Shown piece after piece: positions 40,642-51,126 of a stretch of 64,000 nt of DNA. The translations under genes and the position numbers were made by a program. Where the stretch lies: the sequence record KC295538. One strand, written 5' to 3'. Below the pieces are notes generated by a model, which saw only the letters and a program-made list of their open reading frames with translations, ran no database searches and was not told the DNA's origin. Source of the stretch: Escherichia phage PBECO4. Each line of letters starts with the position of its first letter. The stretch's first letter is position 1.

Positions 40642-41778
40642 TTACTTGTTAGCTTTTTCGGCAATTTCACGAAGAGTGTCTTCCAGTTCATAGGAAAGTT
40701 GTGCAATTTCCTGTTTAGCACGTTCACGTTCCAATTTACCTTTTTTCTCTTCTTCAATAACTGCTTCAATACTGTCAATCATCGTTTTATGTACATTACG
40801 CAAGGTTTTAATATCCACAATACCACGGTTGTTTGCCTTTGCTGCGTCCAACATATTTGCTGCAACCATTTTAGAGTTAGTTTCCAAAAGACGGTTTGTC
40901 TCATTATCAATTAGATTGCCTAGTTCATTATCCTTACGTTGACGCTCGGAAATTAACTGTTCAGCCAATTGAGACTTCCATGCTGGAATAACAACAGATT
41001 TTAAATCTTCAAACTTAGAAACAGTGTTCAAGTTTACTTTTTTCATACTCATCAAACGTGGACCACTTAGCTCGCACATCATGATAAGACGACGAATCTT
41101 ATCTTCTTGTTTAGAAAGTGCTTCACAAATCATCTTTTGCTCTTGAATAGCAAAAGAGTCTACATTTTTGTCTGCTTGCATTTCTAATAATAATGCATCT
41201 TGTGTTTTAGTTACTTCTTCTAAACCAACTAATGTATCACGTAATTCAAACAAATATTCTTTGTTTTCATTATATGCTTTATCAAGCCATTCACATTCTC
41301 CGTGCTGGCGATTAATACCAGTTTGAAGAGTTTTCATAATTTCGTCAATTTGCTCTTTACTGTTTTTGTACTGATCACCTACTTTCTGTTGAGCATTAAC
41401 AAAGAATTTCTTAATACGACCAACAATTGATTTATCTTCTTGAAGACTGTCAATATCAACTGCACGAGTCAACGTAAGAATTGTGGTGATTGATTTACCA
41501 AACTCGGTATTGTCATCCGTTACATTAACTTTAGACATAATTTCATCAGCCAAACGCCCAACAGCAGCACCAGCAGTTGTACCAACAGTATTGATGTTTT
41601 GAACTGTTAGAGACATAGTATTTCCCTTAACATCTTTCAGTACTGGTAGTGATTTTGTAGTTTGGTTAAAAATATCACTTGCATCAATTGTATGACCTTT
41701 AGACGCAGTTTTAGTAGTGCGTTTTGCTGATTTAGCTGCGGTGGATGCTTTTTTAGGATTGATTTCTTTCTCGGACAT
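40642..41778 (-). CDS. hypothetical protein (helical, charged)
   Basis: 378-aa ORF. Confidence 0.55.
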   Translation of the reverse strand: MSEKEINPKKASTAAKSAKRTTKTASKGHTIDASDIFNQTTKSLPVLKDVKGNTMSLTVQNINTVGTTAGAAVGRLADEIMSKVNVTDDNTEFGKSITTILTLTRAVDIDSLQEDKSIVGRIKKFFVNAQQKVGDQYKNSKEQIDEIMKTLQTGINRQHGECEWLDKAYNENKEYLFELRDTLVGLEEVTKTQDALLLEMQADKNVDSFAIQEQKMICEALSKQEDKIRRLIMMCELSGPRLMSMKKVNLNTVSKFEDLKSVVIPAWKSQLAEQLISERQRKDNELGNLIDNETNRLLETNSKMVAANMLDAAKANNRGIVDIKTLRNVHKTMIDSIEAVIEEEKKGKLERERAKQEIAQLSYELEDTLREIAEKANK

Positions 41779-41863
41779 TTAGTATTCCTCGTTTAATTTA
41801 ATATGATGTGCTGCTCTGTGATAAACATTATACGGGCAGCACGTATGATAGTCAAGTATTTTT

Positions 41864-42991
41864 TTACTCTTTGTTACCATATGCCAGATTACGAATAATT
41901 TCTACAGTACTCTCATCCACAGCTTTACCTGTCTGTGATTGTAAACGATTGATAATCAAAGGAATAGTAATAGTTTGAATATCTACCATACGATTCATAT
42001 CAACTTGATATTGCTTACTTGTTGCAATAATGCTCGTTTCAGTCATGGAGGTGGTGATTCCCATTTTCATAATACGTTCTAATGTTAATTCATATTCAAA
42101 CGCATCATCCACACAACGTAGTGCGTATTCACAACCCAACTTACCATATTCAAGTTCATTTTTGATTTCATTAACTTCGTTTCTAAGTTCTGAAAACATC
42201 GTACTAAGACCACTAAACTTATTAGTGTCATACTTAACTGCTTCATTTAGTGCTTTCATCACTTTTGGCAAATCTGATGGTTGCACTTTGATATCAGTTT
42301 TACCAAACAATTTCTGTGTAAAGGTCGGCTTCAATGGGAACAACGTCTCCAACGCAACAGTAAGGTTATTCATAAGCATTCTAATATAATCACTATGCTG
42401 TTGTAATGCTGAGTTAAGATCCAATTGACGTTCTGAAATTTGTTGAATCTTAGTTCCAATTTCTTGTGCACAAACTGGTAAGTTTACAAACCAGTCTAGT
42501 ACTTTTACTGAATTCTTTTCAATAGTACTAGGGAATTCAACCCATCTTTCAATGTCATCAATTCTGCTATCGTCTGGGTTGATAGGTTTTTTCTTAAGAA
42601 CAATAGGTGCAGGTACATCTGGTGATGTTTGTACCAAGTCTAAACGTGGTTTGGCACGACCTTCTTTCCATTCACGATATTCACGCTCTAATGGCGGTAC
42701 TGGCATGTTAGGATCAATTCTAATATTACTAAAATGAATTTTATCCTTCATTAAATCAAGAACTTTCAGACGTTTATTATCAAAATAGATTTCATCTAAT
42801 GACAGAGTTTTTACATCAAATAACGGATTACCCAGCGAGTCATAGGTGCGACGTACAATTACATTGTAAATGTATTTTTTGTTTGATGAACGGTCATATT
42901 GTTTCAATAAAGAGTTCAGTACATAATTATAGTTAAATTCTTGAATCTCAACTTCTTTGCCATTTTCAATGAAAAAATATTTACCTTTCAT
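41864..42991 (-). CDS. hypothetical protein
   Basis: 375-aa ORF. Confidence 0.55.
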   Translation of the reverse strand: MKGKYFFIENGKEVEIQEFNYNYVLNSLLKQYDRSSNKKYIYNVIVRRTYDSLGNPLFDVKTLSLDEIYFDNKRLKVLDLMKDKIHFSNIRIDPNMPVPPLEREYREWKEGRAKPRLDLVQTSPDVPAPIVLKKKPINPDDSRIDDIERWVEFPSTIEKNSVKVLDWFVNLPVCAQEIGTKIQQISERQLDLNSALQQHSDYIRMLMNNLTVALETLFPLKPTFTQKLFGKTDIKVQPSDLPKVMKALNEAVKYDTNKFSGLSTMFSELRNEVNEIKNELEYGKLGCEYALRCVDDAFEYELTLERIMKMGITTSMTETSIIATSKQYQVDMNRMVDIQTITIPLIINRLQSQTGKAVDESTVEIIRNLAYGNKE

Positions 42992-43087
42992 TATAAAACC
43001 TCATAATCAATTAAAATTTACGCTATGGTGATATTGTACATACTTCGACTACACATGTCAACACCTGAAAAGAAAAAAGGACGCACC

Positions 43088-43906
43088 TTAGTGCATCCTT
43101 TTGTTACTTTTATCCTTGTACCATACAAATGTCTTGACAGGTGGATATTTTTCATTCTTTGGTGGTTCAGGCATGTCGTATACAGTTGCATTTCTAAACT
43201 TAAGAATGTATGTGTCCATTAAACGGATTATACAATAGTTTAAACATTTTTGTGCTCTTTCTTTCCAAAAATGTTTATATGGTTCTGGACAACCAAGATA
43301 ATCAAGTTTATACATACTCATAGCAACTTGCATAAATCTTTGGGCCGAGAATTTTCGCTTATCAATCTTACTTGCTCTGTGTTGGTCACATGTCCAACTT
43401 GATACACCAGGCAAGTGACAAAACAAATCAAAACTAACCATACTATCAAAGTATTTGTTATGACCATGTAACTCACCATAAAATACAGCTTCTGACACAG
43501 TATCATATAATGAGAAATTTGAATGTATATGTTCATTATCAAAAATACTTTTTAAATCTTTATAAGTTTCTGGAACAGGTGGCTCAGGTAATACTTCACC
43601 GAATACTTCAACACACCATATCTTCCATAAACCTTTTGTAAATTTATTTTCTAATTCTCTATCACTATCAATATAAAAAGTTTTTTCATTTATGAAAACT
43701 TTTCTAGCCATGTATGCTTTAAAAATTGCATCTGGATCAATGTCTTCACGATTTACATCATCCCAGCCTTTACCAATTCTTGAAATTTCAAATCTACGCA
43801 TATACATACGACATGCTAAATCTTTAGTAAGGCTGCGACGATACTTTTCATCCTGATGTAATTTGGTTGTTTCGTGAAGAGATTTAAGCATATTTAAAAT
43901 TCTCAT
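43088..43906 (-). CDS. hypothetical protein
   Basis: 272-aa ORF. Confidence 0.55.
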   Translation of the reverse strand: MRILNMLKSLHETTKLHQDEKYRRSLTKDLACRMYMRRFEISRIGKGWDDVNREDIDPDAIFKAYMARKVFINEKTFYIDSDRELENKFTKGLWKIWCVEVFGEVLPEPPVPETYKDLKSIFDNEHIHSNFSLYDTVSEAVFYGELHGHNKYFDSMVSFDLFCHLPGVSSWTCDQHRASKIDKRKFSAQRFMQVAMSMYKLDYLGCPEPYKHFWKERAQKCLNYCIIRLMDTYILKFRNATVYDMPEPPKNEKYPPVKTFVWYKDKSNKRMH

Positions 43907-44583
43907 CGCAACACCAAATATTTCCCGTTTCTTCCAATTACATATTGATCACCACTTCGTAGTACTGTATAGCTTTCCCCTAGTATGGAACTAAGACGCG
44001 AAGTGTCTAATTGTGTATCATTCTTTAATAACTTTTTCACATATGTTTCTGAAACAAAACCGCTTCCAGTACTGTAATGTAATTTACCATATGCTGTTTT
44101 TAATGTCAACATGTTTCCTTCTTTGATTACTGAAACACCAGCATAATCAAGGAACTCACTAATTGAACTAGGAATACCCAAATCAATTCTCTGCTGTATT
44201 TCTTCAAAATCAACATCGATTGGGTCATTAACACCATATAGTTGTATTTTCCAACCTGGGTCTGGACAAATATTTTCAATAGTTTTAATTAAACGTAAAA
44301 GTTTTTCAGGGAATTCAGCATTTCGTTCCATTTCAACATAAACTTGATATCGACCATCTAAATTTGGTGTTTCTGCTGCTTCTGTATCAGCTACATCAAT
44401 AGGTGATTTTTCAATAAAAGAAGATAAATCATATGCTGCATCAAAATTGTTAAGTACCTGAAACATAATAACAATATTACTATCTTCAATTTTAGGAGTA
44501 TATTCATCAACACTAATGATAGGATGAATCAAATCTTTGAGAACTTGCGGACGTAAGCCTTGTTCATTTAATTTCTTTTTCAT
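43903..44583 (-). CDS. hypothetical protein
   Basis: 226-aa ORF; 4-nt overlap with upstream gene. Confidence 0.55.
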   Translation of the reverse strand: MKKKLNEQGLRPQVLKDLIHPIISVDEYTPKIEDSNIVIMFQVLNNFDAAYDLSSFIEKSPIDVADTEAAETPNLDGRYQVYVEMERNAEFPEKLLRLIKTIENICPDPGWKIQLYGVNDPIDVDFEEIQQRIDLGIPSSISEFLDYAGVSVIKEGNMLTLKTAYGKLHYSTGSGFVSETYVKKLLKNDTQLDTSRLSSILGESYTVLRSGDQYVIGRNGKYLVLR

Positions 44584-45146
44584 TACATTCCACCTTCTTG
44601 TGTCTCATCCGTTACTTCTACATCTAAATCCACATCATCACCAGTTACAGGTTCTTCAATATTCTCAGGAGAATTCATTGGATTACTATTGAATTCTGCT
44701 GCCATTAGTTTATATTCATCAAAACTTTCTGGATTAATCAAGTTTCGTGGAATCTGCACTCTAACCAATAGTACTGGGATTCTTTCATTTTTTGGTATAC
44801 GTACAGAGCCAGATTGTGTCGCTACACTTTTCATGTCAGCTTGACGATTTGGTTCTTTAATAGGAGTTATTTCATAATCAGCTTTAACATATACTTTAGT
44901 TCCATGTTTCTCTAAAATAGAGAATGCGGTAGGATCGGGAAAATTTTCACGATAGTATTTAAATGTAACAGTACACCAATACTTACTTACAATTGGCCCC
45001 TCTACCAACTCACCCTCAATAATTCCTTTATACGCATATAAATCATTATCATCGAAATATTTCTCTACAGCAAGAAGTATATCTAACATACCACTGTTAT
45101 CATACAACTGCTGAATAGCATTATCTGTATAATCTAAATCGTCCAT
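44583..45146 (-). CDS. hypothetical acidic protein
   Basis: 187-aa ORF; acidic C-terminal tail. Confidence 0.5.
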   Translation of the reverse strand: MDDLDYTDNAIQQLYDNSGMLDILLAVEKYFDDNDLYAYKGIIEGELVEGPIVSKYWCTVTFKYYRENFPDPTAFSILEKHGTKVYVKADYEITPIKEPNRQADMKSVATQSGSVRIPKNERIPVLLVRVQIPRNLINPESFDEYKLMAAEFNSNPMNSPENIEEPVTGDDVDLDVEVTDETQEGGM

Positions 45147-45204
45147 ATTTTATATTATCCTTAAAAACTAGCACATATAATACTATTTACTACTTTTAAA
45201 ATAC

Positions 45205-45230
45205 AACAAAAGGGGTTTGAATCAAACCCC
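45205..45230 (-). terminator. intrinsic terminator-like hairpin
   Basis: ggggtttga-atc-aaacccc with A-run on plus side (T-run on minus). Confidence 0.5.
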
Positions 45231-45242
45231 AATTTAAAAGTT

Positions 45243-45887
45243 TTATTTGTAATATTTACCTAGTACTGAATAAATTTTCAGTCTAAGTTCTGTCCAGTTT
45301 TCGATATATTCAAAACCACTATGATTCTTATACATAGTATTATGAGAACATCCCATCATAACTGATGGAATACCAAGACCCATAGCAGTTTCAATATTAT
45401 TGATATAATCATCAATCATTAGTTTTACATCATATCGTGTTTGTAAATCCTCTAATGCTTCTTTCTTTGATTCATTCATTTCTATGATAATAATCTCATC
45501 AAAGCAGTTTTCACCAAATTCACGCATTAGATTTACATTTCGTAAAACTTCACCATAGCCTTTTTTACCACATTTTGTGAGTACTACGAATTTTTCTTTA
45601 TGAAAACGATCACGTAGCTCTTGTACAATATCAACTGTATTTGGTTCGACTGGCTTTAACAACCCAAACAAATATGATTGTTGGTTGAACTGTTCAAGAA
45701 TCTTTTTAACTTCAGGTTGAGGAACACCCAACCAGTCTGATAAATCATATTCTAATGGGTATGGTGTTGATGGTGTGATATTATAAGTTTGTTTTACAAA
45801 CTCAGAAAGCATACCCATATGGTCCAATAGAACTTCATCACAATCAAAAACTATACAACGTGGTTTCATTACATGTTCCCCGAACAA
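45243..45887 (-). CDS. HAD-superfamily hydrolase (possible nucleotidase/phosphatase)
   Basis: 214 aa; motif I VFDCDEVLLD near N-terminus, motif IV-like MIDDY. Confidence 0.5.
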   Translation of the reverse strand: MFGEHVMKPRCIVFDCDEVLLDHMGMLSEFVKQTYNITPSTPYPLEYDLSDWLGVPQPEVKKILEQFNQQSYLFGLLKPVEPNTVDIVQELRDRFHKEKFVVLTKCGKKGYGEVLRNVNLMREFGENCFDEIIIIEMNESKKEALEDLQTRYDVKLMIDDYINNIETAMGLGIPSVMMGCSHNTMYKNHSGFEYIENWTELRLKIYSVLGKYYK

Positions 45888-46858
45888 ATTAGGTCAATCT
45901 CACACAGTAAAGCACTAAGATTCATTTCACGGTCTGATACTGTTGCTTGCTTAACAACTGCATCACGAATTTTAACTTTAATCTTCATCAGTGTGATTTC
46001 ATCAGTACTGAACATTTCAGCATTTCTGTACAAGTAAGAGAAAAATGCATCCATCTCATCATCAGGGATATTTTGTACAATTTGTTCACGCATTTGGCGA
46101 ATGTTGCCTGCCTTTAATGCTTCAACAATTGCAGTACGATACCCTGCTGAATTTTCAATACTATCTTCAAGTTTTACTAGCTTACCATCAACAACTGAAC
46201 TTTGCAATACGTTTAGTGTTTTACGGAAATCAGGATAGGAAGCATTGATGTACTTTTGAACTTGTTCAACACTATCATCACTACTCAAATCAACACCTTC
46301 TGCTAGAAGAATATTATAAATTCGAGTCATGAATTGTTCCATATCATGCTTTTCGATTGTAATAACTTGAACACGAGAAATGATAGGTTTTTGAATTTTA
46401 TGTGGTTCGTTACTTGTTAAAATAAAGCGAGCATTTTCATGATAGTCTTCCATTACACGTTTCAAACTACCTTGTGCTTTGTGGTTCATCTGCTCCATTT
46501 CTTCAAGAACAAAAATACGATATCTACCAAAACATGATAGCTTTGCTGCGGCATCGATTTTGTCACGAACAGCATCAATGCCTTCATCGGACATGTTAAG
46601 CGTGGTCACATCACTTGGATCAAGGTGTCCATTTTGAACTAGTCCATTAATTAGTACTTTGATCGCAGATGTTTTACCAGTTCCTGCTGGGCCAAAAAAC
46701 CCAATATGTGGAATGTCACCAGTCTTAATCCATTCTTCCATTTTCTGGCGTAGTGCATCGTTTTTTGATACATAATCTTCCATTGATTGTGGGCGATATT
46801 TTTCAGTCCATAGTGTGGTCATTTGTATTTCCTTATGTGTACGTGTTATAGAATCCAA
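45869..46858 (-). CDS. clamp-loader AAA+ ATPase (T4 gp44-like)
   Basis: 329 aa; EKYRPQ, Walker A GPAGTGKTS, Walker B-like FVLEEM, SRV sensor; alignable to T4 gp44 from memory. Confidence 0.8.
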   Translation of the reverse strand: MDSITRTHKEIQMTTLWTEKYRPQSMEDYVSKNDALRQKMEEWIKTGDIPHIGFFGPAGTGKTSAIKVLINGLVQNGHLDPSDVTTLNMSDEGIDAVRDKIDAAAKLSCFGRYRIFVLEEMEQMNHKAQGSLKRVMEDYHENARFILTSNEPHKIQKPIISRVQVITIEKHDMEQFMTRIYNILLAEGVDLSSDDSVEQVQKYINASYPDFRKTLNVLQSSVVDGKLVKLEDSIENSAGYRTAIVEALKAGNIRQMREQIVQNIPDDEMDAFFSYLYRNAEMFSTDEITLMKIKVKIRDAVVKQATVSDREMNLSALLCEIDLICSGNM

Positions 46859-47118
46859 TCGGCTGAATTATATAATAAAGCCGTGAAAAGTTCTTCTGTC
46901 ATTTCCAATTGATTTAATAAAAAATTAAAAGAATTTGCCTTATTTTTAATCCCAGTACTTTCAGCTTGGGCTGATGCAACTAATAAAACTTTAAACATAT
47001 CATGTGAAACTTCATATACATATTTGGTATTTTTTCTATCTTCAAACATGAATCTTCCGTTTTTAGATACTAATGTTACATCCTTGAAACTAAATTTTCC
47101 ATCATCAGTTATCATCAA
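46846..47118 (-). CDS. hypothetical protein
   Basis: 90-aa ORF. Confidence 0.45.
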   Translation of the reverse strand: MMITDDGKFSFKDVTLVSKNGRFMFEDRKNTKYVYEVSHDMFKVLLVASAQAESTGIKNKANSFNFLLNQLEMTEELFTALLYNSADWIL

Positions 47119-47171
47119 AATCTGTCCAAATAAAAAGCCCAGATATTCATCCGAGCTTTAATTATATTTTA

Positions 47172-47498
47172 TTAACGACCAAAGGTTAGCATTTTAGTTC
47201 GTGGATCTTCATCTGAAACTAAACTAACTGCGGCTGGATAATCAACCAAGTTTAATTCAATACCATCAACTTCAATAGTTCTTGACCATCGACCATGATC
47301 AATTAAAATCCATTGACCTTCTTTAATATCAGTAATGTCTTCGCCTACAGAATAAACTTTTGCCCAGCGAGAACGAATACCTCTAATTTTACCGTCATCG
47401 TTTGTTAAAACGATACCACCTGCTGTTTTGCGTTCACCATGTTCCAGTTCAGTTACCAGTACTTTACCTTTACATGCAGTCATTACTTTATTAGTCAT
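47172..47498 (-). CDS. GroES-like co-chaperonin (T4 gp31 analogue)
   Basis: 108 aa; ERKTAGGIVLT matches the GroES ETKSAGGIVLT segment; overall GroES-like layout. Confidence 0.7.
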   Translation of the reverse strand: MTNKVMTACKGKVLVTELEHGERKTAGGIVLTNDDGKIRGIRSRWAKVYSVGEDITDIKEGQWILIDHGRWSRTIEVDGIELNLVDYPAAVSLVSDEDPRTKMLTFGR

Positions 47499-47506
47499 TT
47501 AATATA

Positions 47507-47851
47507 TTACTCCTGATCTTTGGTTCTAGCTCGACGTGGTGCTTTCTTCTCTTCAGAAACCTCAGCTTCTTGTTCTTCGGGCTTAACTTCAAAACTCTCA
47601 TCATCCCATACTTCATCCGTACCATGTTCAGTACTATGAAGTTGATGTTCAGGGATATAATCAGGAATTTGCATTTCTCGTTCTTTTTCTTGAATCAACT
47701 CTTCACGAGTTTTAATAATTGTTCCACCTGAACCGATTTTATCACCACGTGCGTTTAAATTAGCATTACCTAATGCTACCTGATGTTGATTTTGGTACTT
47801 GAGCATATCCATGTCAATTGTTGTACCACGATAAGTTGTATGTTTAGACAT
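47507..47851 (-). CDS. hypothetical protein
   Basis: 114-aa ORF; acidic C-terminus. Confidence 0.5.
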   Translation of the reverse strand: MSKHTTYRGTTIDMDMLKYQNQHQVALGNANLNARGDKIGSGGTIIKTREELIQEKEREMQIPDYIPEHQLHSTEHGTDEVWDDESFEVKPEEQEAEVSEEKKAPRRARTKDQE

Positions 47852-47914
47852 ATCAAAATCCTTTTATTGTATGTGTGATATAAGCCTACAATAAACATTA
47901 TATCACATGTTTTT

Positions 47915-48433
47915 CTACCATTTCAAAAATTCGTTAACATCAAGTTCGTACTTCAATGAATCTACCATATGTAGTCCAATCAAAAACAAACAGTATGATG
48001 CAACAGAGCTTCCACGACCTAGACCCCAAAAGATCTCATTTTCTTCCATATAATCAACAAGCCATATCATACATCTTAGTAGCTTTGTCATATTATAATA
48101 TTCATATAAATCAAGTTCATACTCAACACGTTTTCGTGCTTCATCGGATGTGCATTTTTGTAAGAAAAAGTCACGCAGATTTATATTGTCGTATACTGGA
48201 TCATATCGCCACAGTTCATGATTTTTATCATGCTCAATTGTATAATCCAGCATACGTTGTTCTAAGCCAAATTTTTTACAGTTATCATTGAATTTCAACC
48301 TTTCAGGTTCATCAATTTCCTGCAATTGTAAGTACTGGATATCTGCACCGCAATTGATTGCATAAACAACTGCGTTAAGATTACATTTCACATCACCATT
48401 GGGACTTATAAATCTGTTTCCTTGTACTTTCAT
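47915..48433 (-). CDS. hypothetical protein with DnaE (Pol III alpha)-like segment
   Basis: 172 aa; C-terminal IWLVDYMEENEIFWGLGRGSSVASYCLFLIGLHMVDSLKYELDVNEFL resembles the DnaE segment ...GPGRGSGAGSLVAYAL.ITD.DPLEFDLLFERFL. Confidence 0.45.
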   Translation of the reverse strand: MKVQGNRFISPNGDVKCNLNAVVYAINCGADIQYLQLQEIDEPERLKFNDNCKKFGLEQRMLDYTIEHDKNHELWRYDPVYDNINLRDFFLQKCTSDEARKRVEYELDLYEYYNMTKLLRCMIWLVDYMEENEIFWGLGRGSSVASYCLFLIGLHMVDSLKYELDVNEFLKW

Positions 48434-48704
48434 TTTTCTTCTTCTGGGCCTCTTCGTTGTCAGTTAGATATGAATCCATATCGAAGATACATGGGTCTTC
48501 TTCGTCATAAACAGTTTTTTCTTTTTGTCCTTGGCGAAGTTCTAGTTCAGCATAACATTGATTTAAGACAGTTTGCATATTACCAATAATCATGTCGCTT
48601 AGGCCAGCAGCACGAGCAGAAGTTAAACGCATTGACTGTTCATTAATTTTTAACTGTAGTTCTTTTTCCGTCATTCCAGACGGGTCAAAAAACGGATTAA
48701 ACAT
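48393..48704 (-). CDS. hypothetical protein
   Basis: 103-aa ORF. Confidence 0.45.
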   Translation of the reverse strand: MFNPFFDPSGMTEKELQLKINEQSMRLTSARAAGLSDMIIGNMQTVLNQCYAELELRQGQKEKTVYDEEDPCIFDMDSYLTDNEEAQKKKNESTRKQIYKSQW

Positions 48705-48705
48705 A

Positions 48706-51126
48706 TTAACCTCCTATGTTATTGTTTTGCAATGTAATCAAAAATGTATCTGAAACATAATTCACTGATTCATGCGAAAAGTATCCGAATTCAACCGATG
48801 TGATTTCGAACTCTACACCTACCATTGTACCATGTTCATTGTTCTGAAGTAAAGTGTTGAAAAATGCTTCACCTTTGCCTGGTTGACAATATGCAACTGG
48901 AATGATAGGCATGAATTTTTTCTGTATACCATCTTCAATGTATGGGTGATTCATAAATCTTGGGACCGTATCAAGCATTTCATCACTGATACTTGGTATC
49001 GCATCAACGTATAGACCACGATTTTGTAAATCGGTTGGGTCTTTTACTAAGTTGGTTGTGTCTTCACCAATAGCCTGAAAAATATTTTGTCGTAAACCAA
49101 ATAATTCACCAAGCTGACCGTTGTCGATTTGAGTATATTGACGTGGATTTTTGGATACAGATACTAAAGAACCTTCAGGTAAAACCTCTCTATATAATAG
49201 ATCATATTGTAAGTTACCTTGATTGTCAAGTGCTGATATTATTTTATAATTACCCATTACCATTTTAAATTTTCCATTTGGAATAGTAGTTCCATTTGGG
49301 TTAATTATACTATTTCTCAATACTTTCTTGATATCAGAAAGGTTAGTATATGGATACGTTTGACTTAGGAAGTTTTCTTTCAATAACATCTTCGGTATTT
49401 TCTGAAGACCATATCTATTGTCAGATTGTCGGAAAAATAGTTGATTAGTGAATGATGAAGTACTTATACATTTAAACCATTCTCTCTCAAATGCAACCGA
49501 AGGTAATACATGTGCACTCAAATAATTCTGTCCGAATCCTCTTACAATCTTAAGGTTAAATATTTTTCTTGCTTCACCACCTTCAGTACTAAATGCTTTA
49601 ACATAAAACGATAATTTAATATCATCATTTTCACTAAAATCAATACTTTTGGCATATGCAGTTCCTACAAGATATCCATCTGGTGTCAAATCTATCCCAT
49701 ACTTTCTAATGTCATCACCACCATCTAAAACATACGAAACTTGATTAGAGCTATCAGTTTCAATTTTAGGATATATACTGTCTCCAAAATATTCACCAAC
49801 ATGTATGGTTCCTAAATCACTATCAGTAATAAAGTTTATATTATTACCTTCTTCTGCGTTTATCAAAACCCTGAACATTTTTTGCATACCAATGATATTA
49901 TCACCAAGAGTAGAGTCATAATATCCTAAATCAATCCAATCACTACTATCATAAACGGGCTTAATTGTTCCATTATCGTATTCACCACTAATTACGTATG
50001 GATACACAACATTATCTTTTAATTGATATAAATGATTGGGTAGTGGTTTTTCTGAAATAGAATATATAGTATCTATGTCTTCAGGACAAACCCACATTTG
50101 ATATGCTTTATATCGTTGATTGATAGCAAACCTTTCACTTTCTTCGGTGTATGTACTTAATATATCAACAATCTCAACTTTAAAATATGCATCACAAGCA
50201 TCTGAGTCATATAAAAATGTTTGCAATAATTGCCCATTTGGGTTGAACACCATTCCAGTGTCAATTAAATTACCATTTCTATTTTGAATATTAACTTTTA
50301 CTTCTTTGTTTATACCAGAAATAGGCCATGTTGATTGTGCTGGCTTGAATACTGCGAAATCATTCGTAATATGTTTATCTGGAACTTCAGAAATATCCAT
50401 GTCAATCAAACGATATGCTGGAAAAAAGACACGAGGTGTAATATCAGTAGTCATGTCAGTACCCAAAATGAAAGGTCGTCTTCTTCCAAATCCTTGAACG
50501 AACAATGTACTGTTGGAGCCATACTCAACATCACCAATACAATAAAGCTTTTTGTCATCACCAATCTCAACTCCGGGTGTAACCCAAACTTCTTGACTAT
50601 CATATGTTATTGATGTATCAGTTAATCCTAGAACACCACTTGGTGAAATATTTCCAAAATACATAACATTTACTGCTTGTAAATAAAAATTTATAATTTC
50701 TGTATTATTATAGGTTCCATCATTTTTACAATGAATTTTTATAAAATAAACATCTTCACTATTAGTACTTGCAGATAAGTTAAATTCATTTTTGCTGATT
50801 TTACACTTATGCTTACCATTTACTAATTTATTACCAGTTGTACCATCTGAAATAGGAACAAAAGTATTTTCGTCATTACCAACATAAAAAGTATAATGTG
50901 GTTCTGGATCAAATACAGCACCTGAACTATCCAAGCATTGTATGTTAAGAATCATTTCTAAGTATTCATCTTCATTTAATACATAGCTATCATCCGTTGT
51001 GCTTTCTTTATTGATACTCAAACGCACAAGAATGTCTTGTCCTTCTTGTATATATCGAGCATCGGCTTTTATATCCCATCGTGGGGTAAAAGTTGTCATT
51101 ATAATTCTCCATAGCCAAGCTGCCAT
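48706..51126 (-). CDS. large hypothetical protein
   Basis: 806-aa ORF (start may be the internal Met at MTTFTPRW); no recognisable motifs. Confidence 0.6.
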   Translation of the reverse strand: MAAWLWRIIMTTFTPRWDIKADARYIQEGQDILVRLSINKESTTDDSYVLNEDEYLEMILNIQCLDSSGAVFDPEPHYTFYVGNDENTFVPISDGTTGNKLVNGKHKCKISKNEFNLSASTNSEDVYFIKIHCKNDGTYNNTEIINFYLQAVNVMYFGNISPSGVLGLTDTSITYDSQEVWVTPGVEIGDDKKLYCIGDVEYGSNSTLFVQGFGRRRPFILGTDMTTDITPRVFFPAYRLIDMDISEVPDKHITNDFAVFKPAQSTWPISGINKEVKVNIQNRNGNLIDTGMVFNPNGQLLQTFLYDSDACDAYFKVEIVDILSTYTEESERFAINQRYKAYQMWVCPEDIDTIYSISEKPLPNHLYQLKDNVVYPYVISGEYDNGTIKPVYDSSDWIDLGYYDSTLGDNIIGMQKMFRVLINAEEGNNINFITDSDLGTIHVGEYFGDSIYPKIETDSSNQVSYVLDGGDDIRKYGIDLTPDGYLVGTAYAKSIDFSENDDIKLSFYVKAFSTEGGEARKIFNLKIVRGFGQNYLSAHVLPSVAFEREWFKCISTSSFTNQLFFRQSDNRYGLQKIPKMLLKENFLSQTYPYTNLSDIKKVLRNSIINPNGTTIPNGKFKMVMGNYKIISALDNQGNLQYDLLYREVLPEGSLVSVSKNPRQYTQIDNGQLGELFGLRQNIFQAIGEDTTNLVKDPTDLQNRGLYVDAIPSISDEMLDTVPRFMNHPYIEDGIQKKFMPIIPVAYCQPGKGEAFFNTLLQNNEHGTMVGVEFEITSVEFGYFSHESVNYVSDTFLITLQNNNIGG

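Noticed and set aside
40642-41778. Assignment of the 378-aa helical protein as rIIB- or TelA-like
   Set aside because: Size and coiled, charged character are compatible, but I could not recall any diagnostic motif to support either family.
48706-51126. rIIA identity for the 806-aa protein next to the topoisomerase genes
   Set aside because: Synteny with T4 made this tempting, but I could not find GHKL-type ATPase motifs in the sequence; left as hypothetical.
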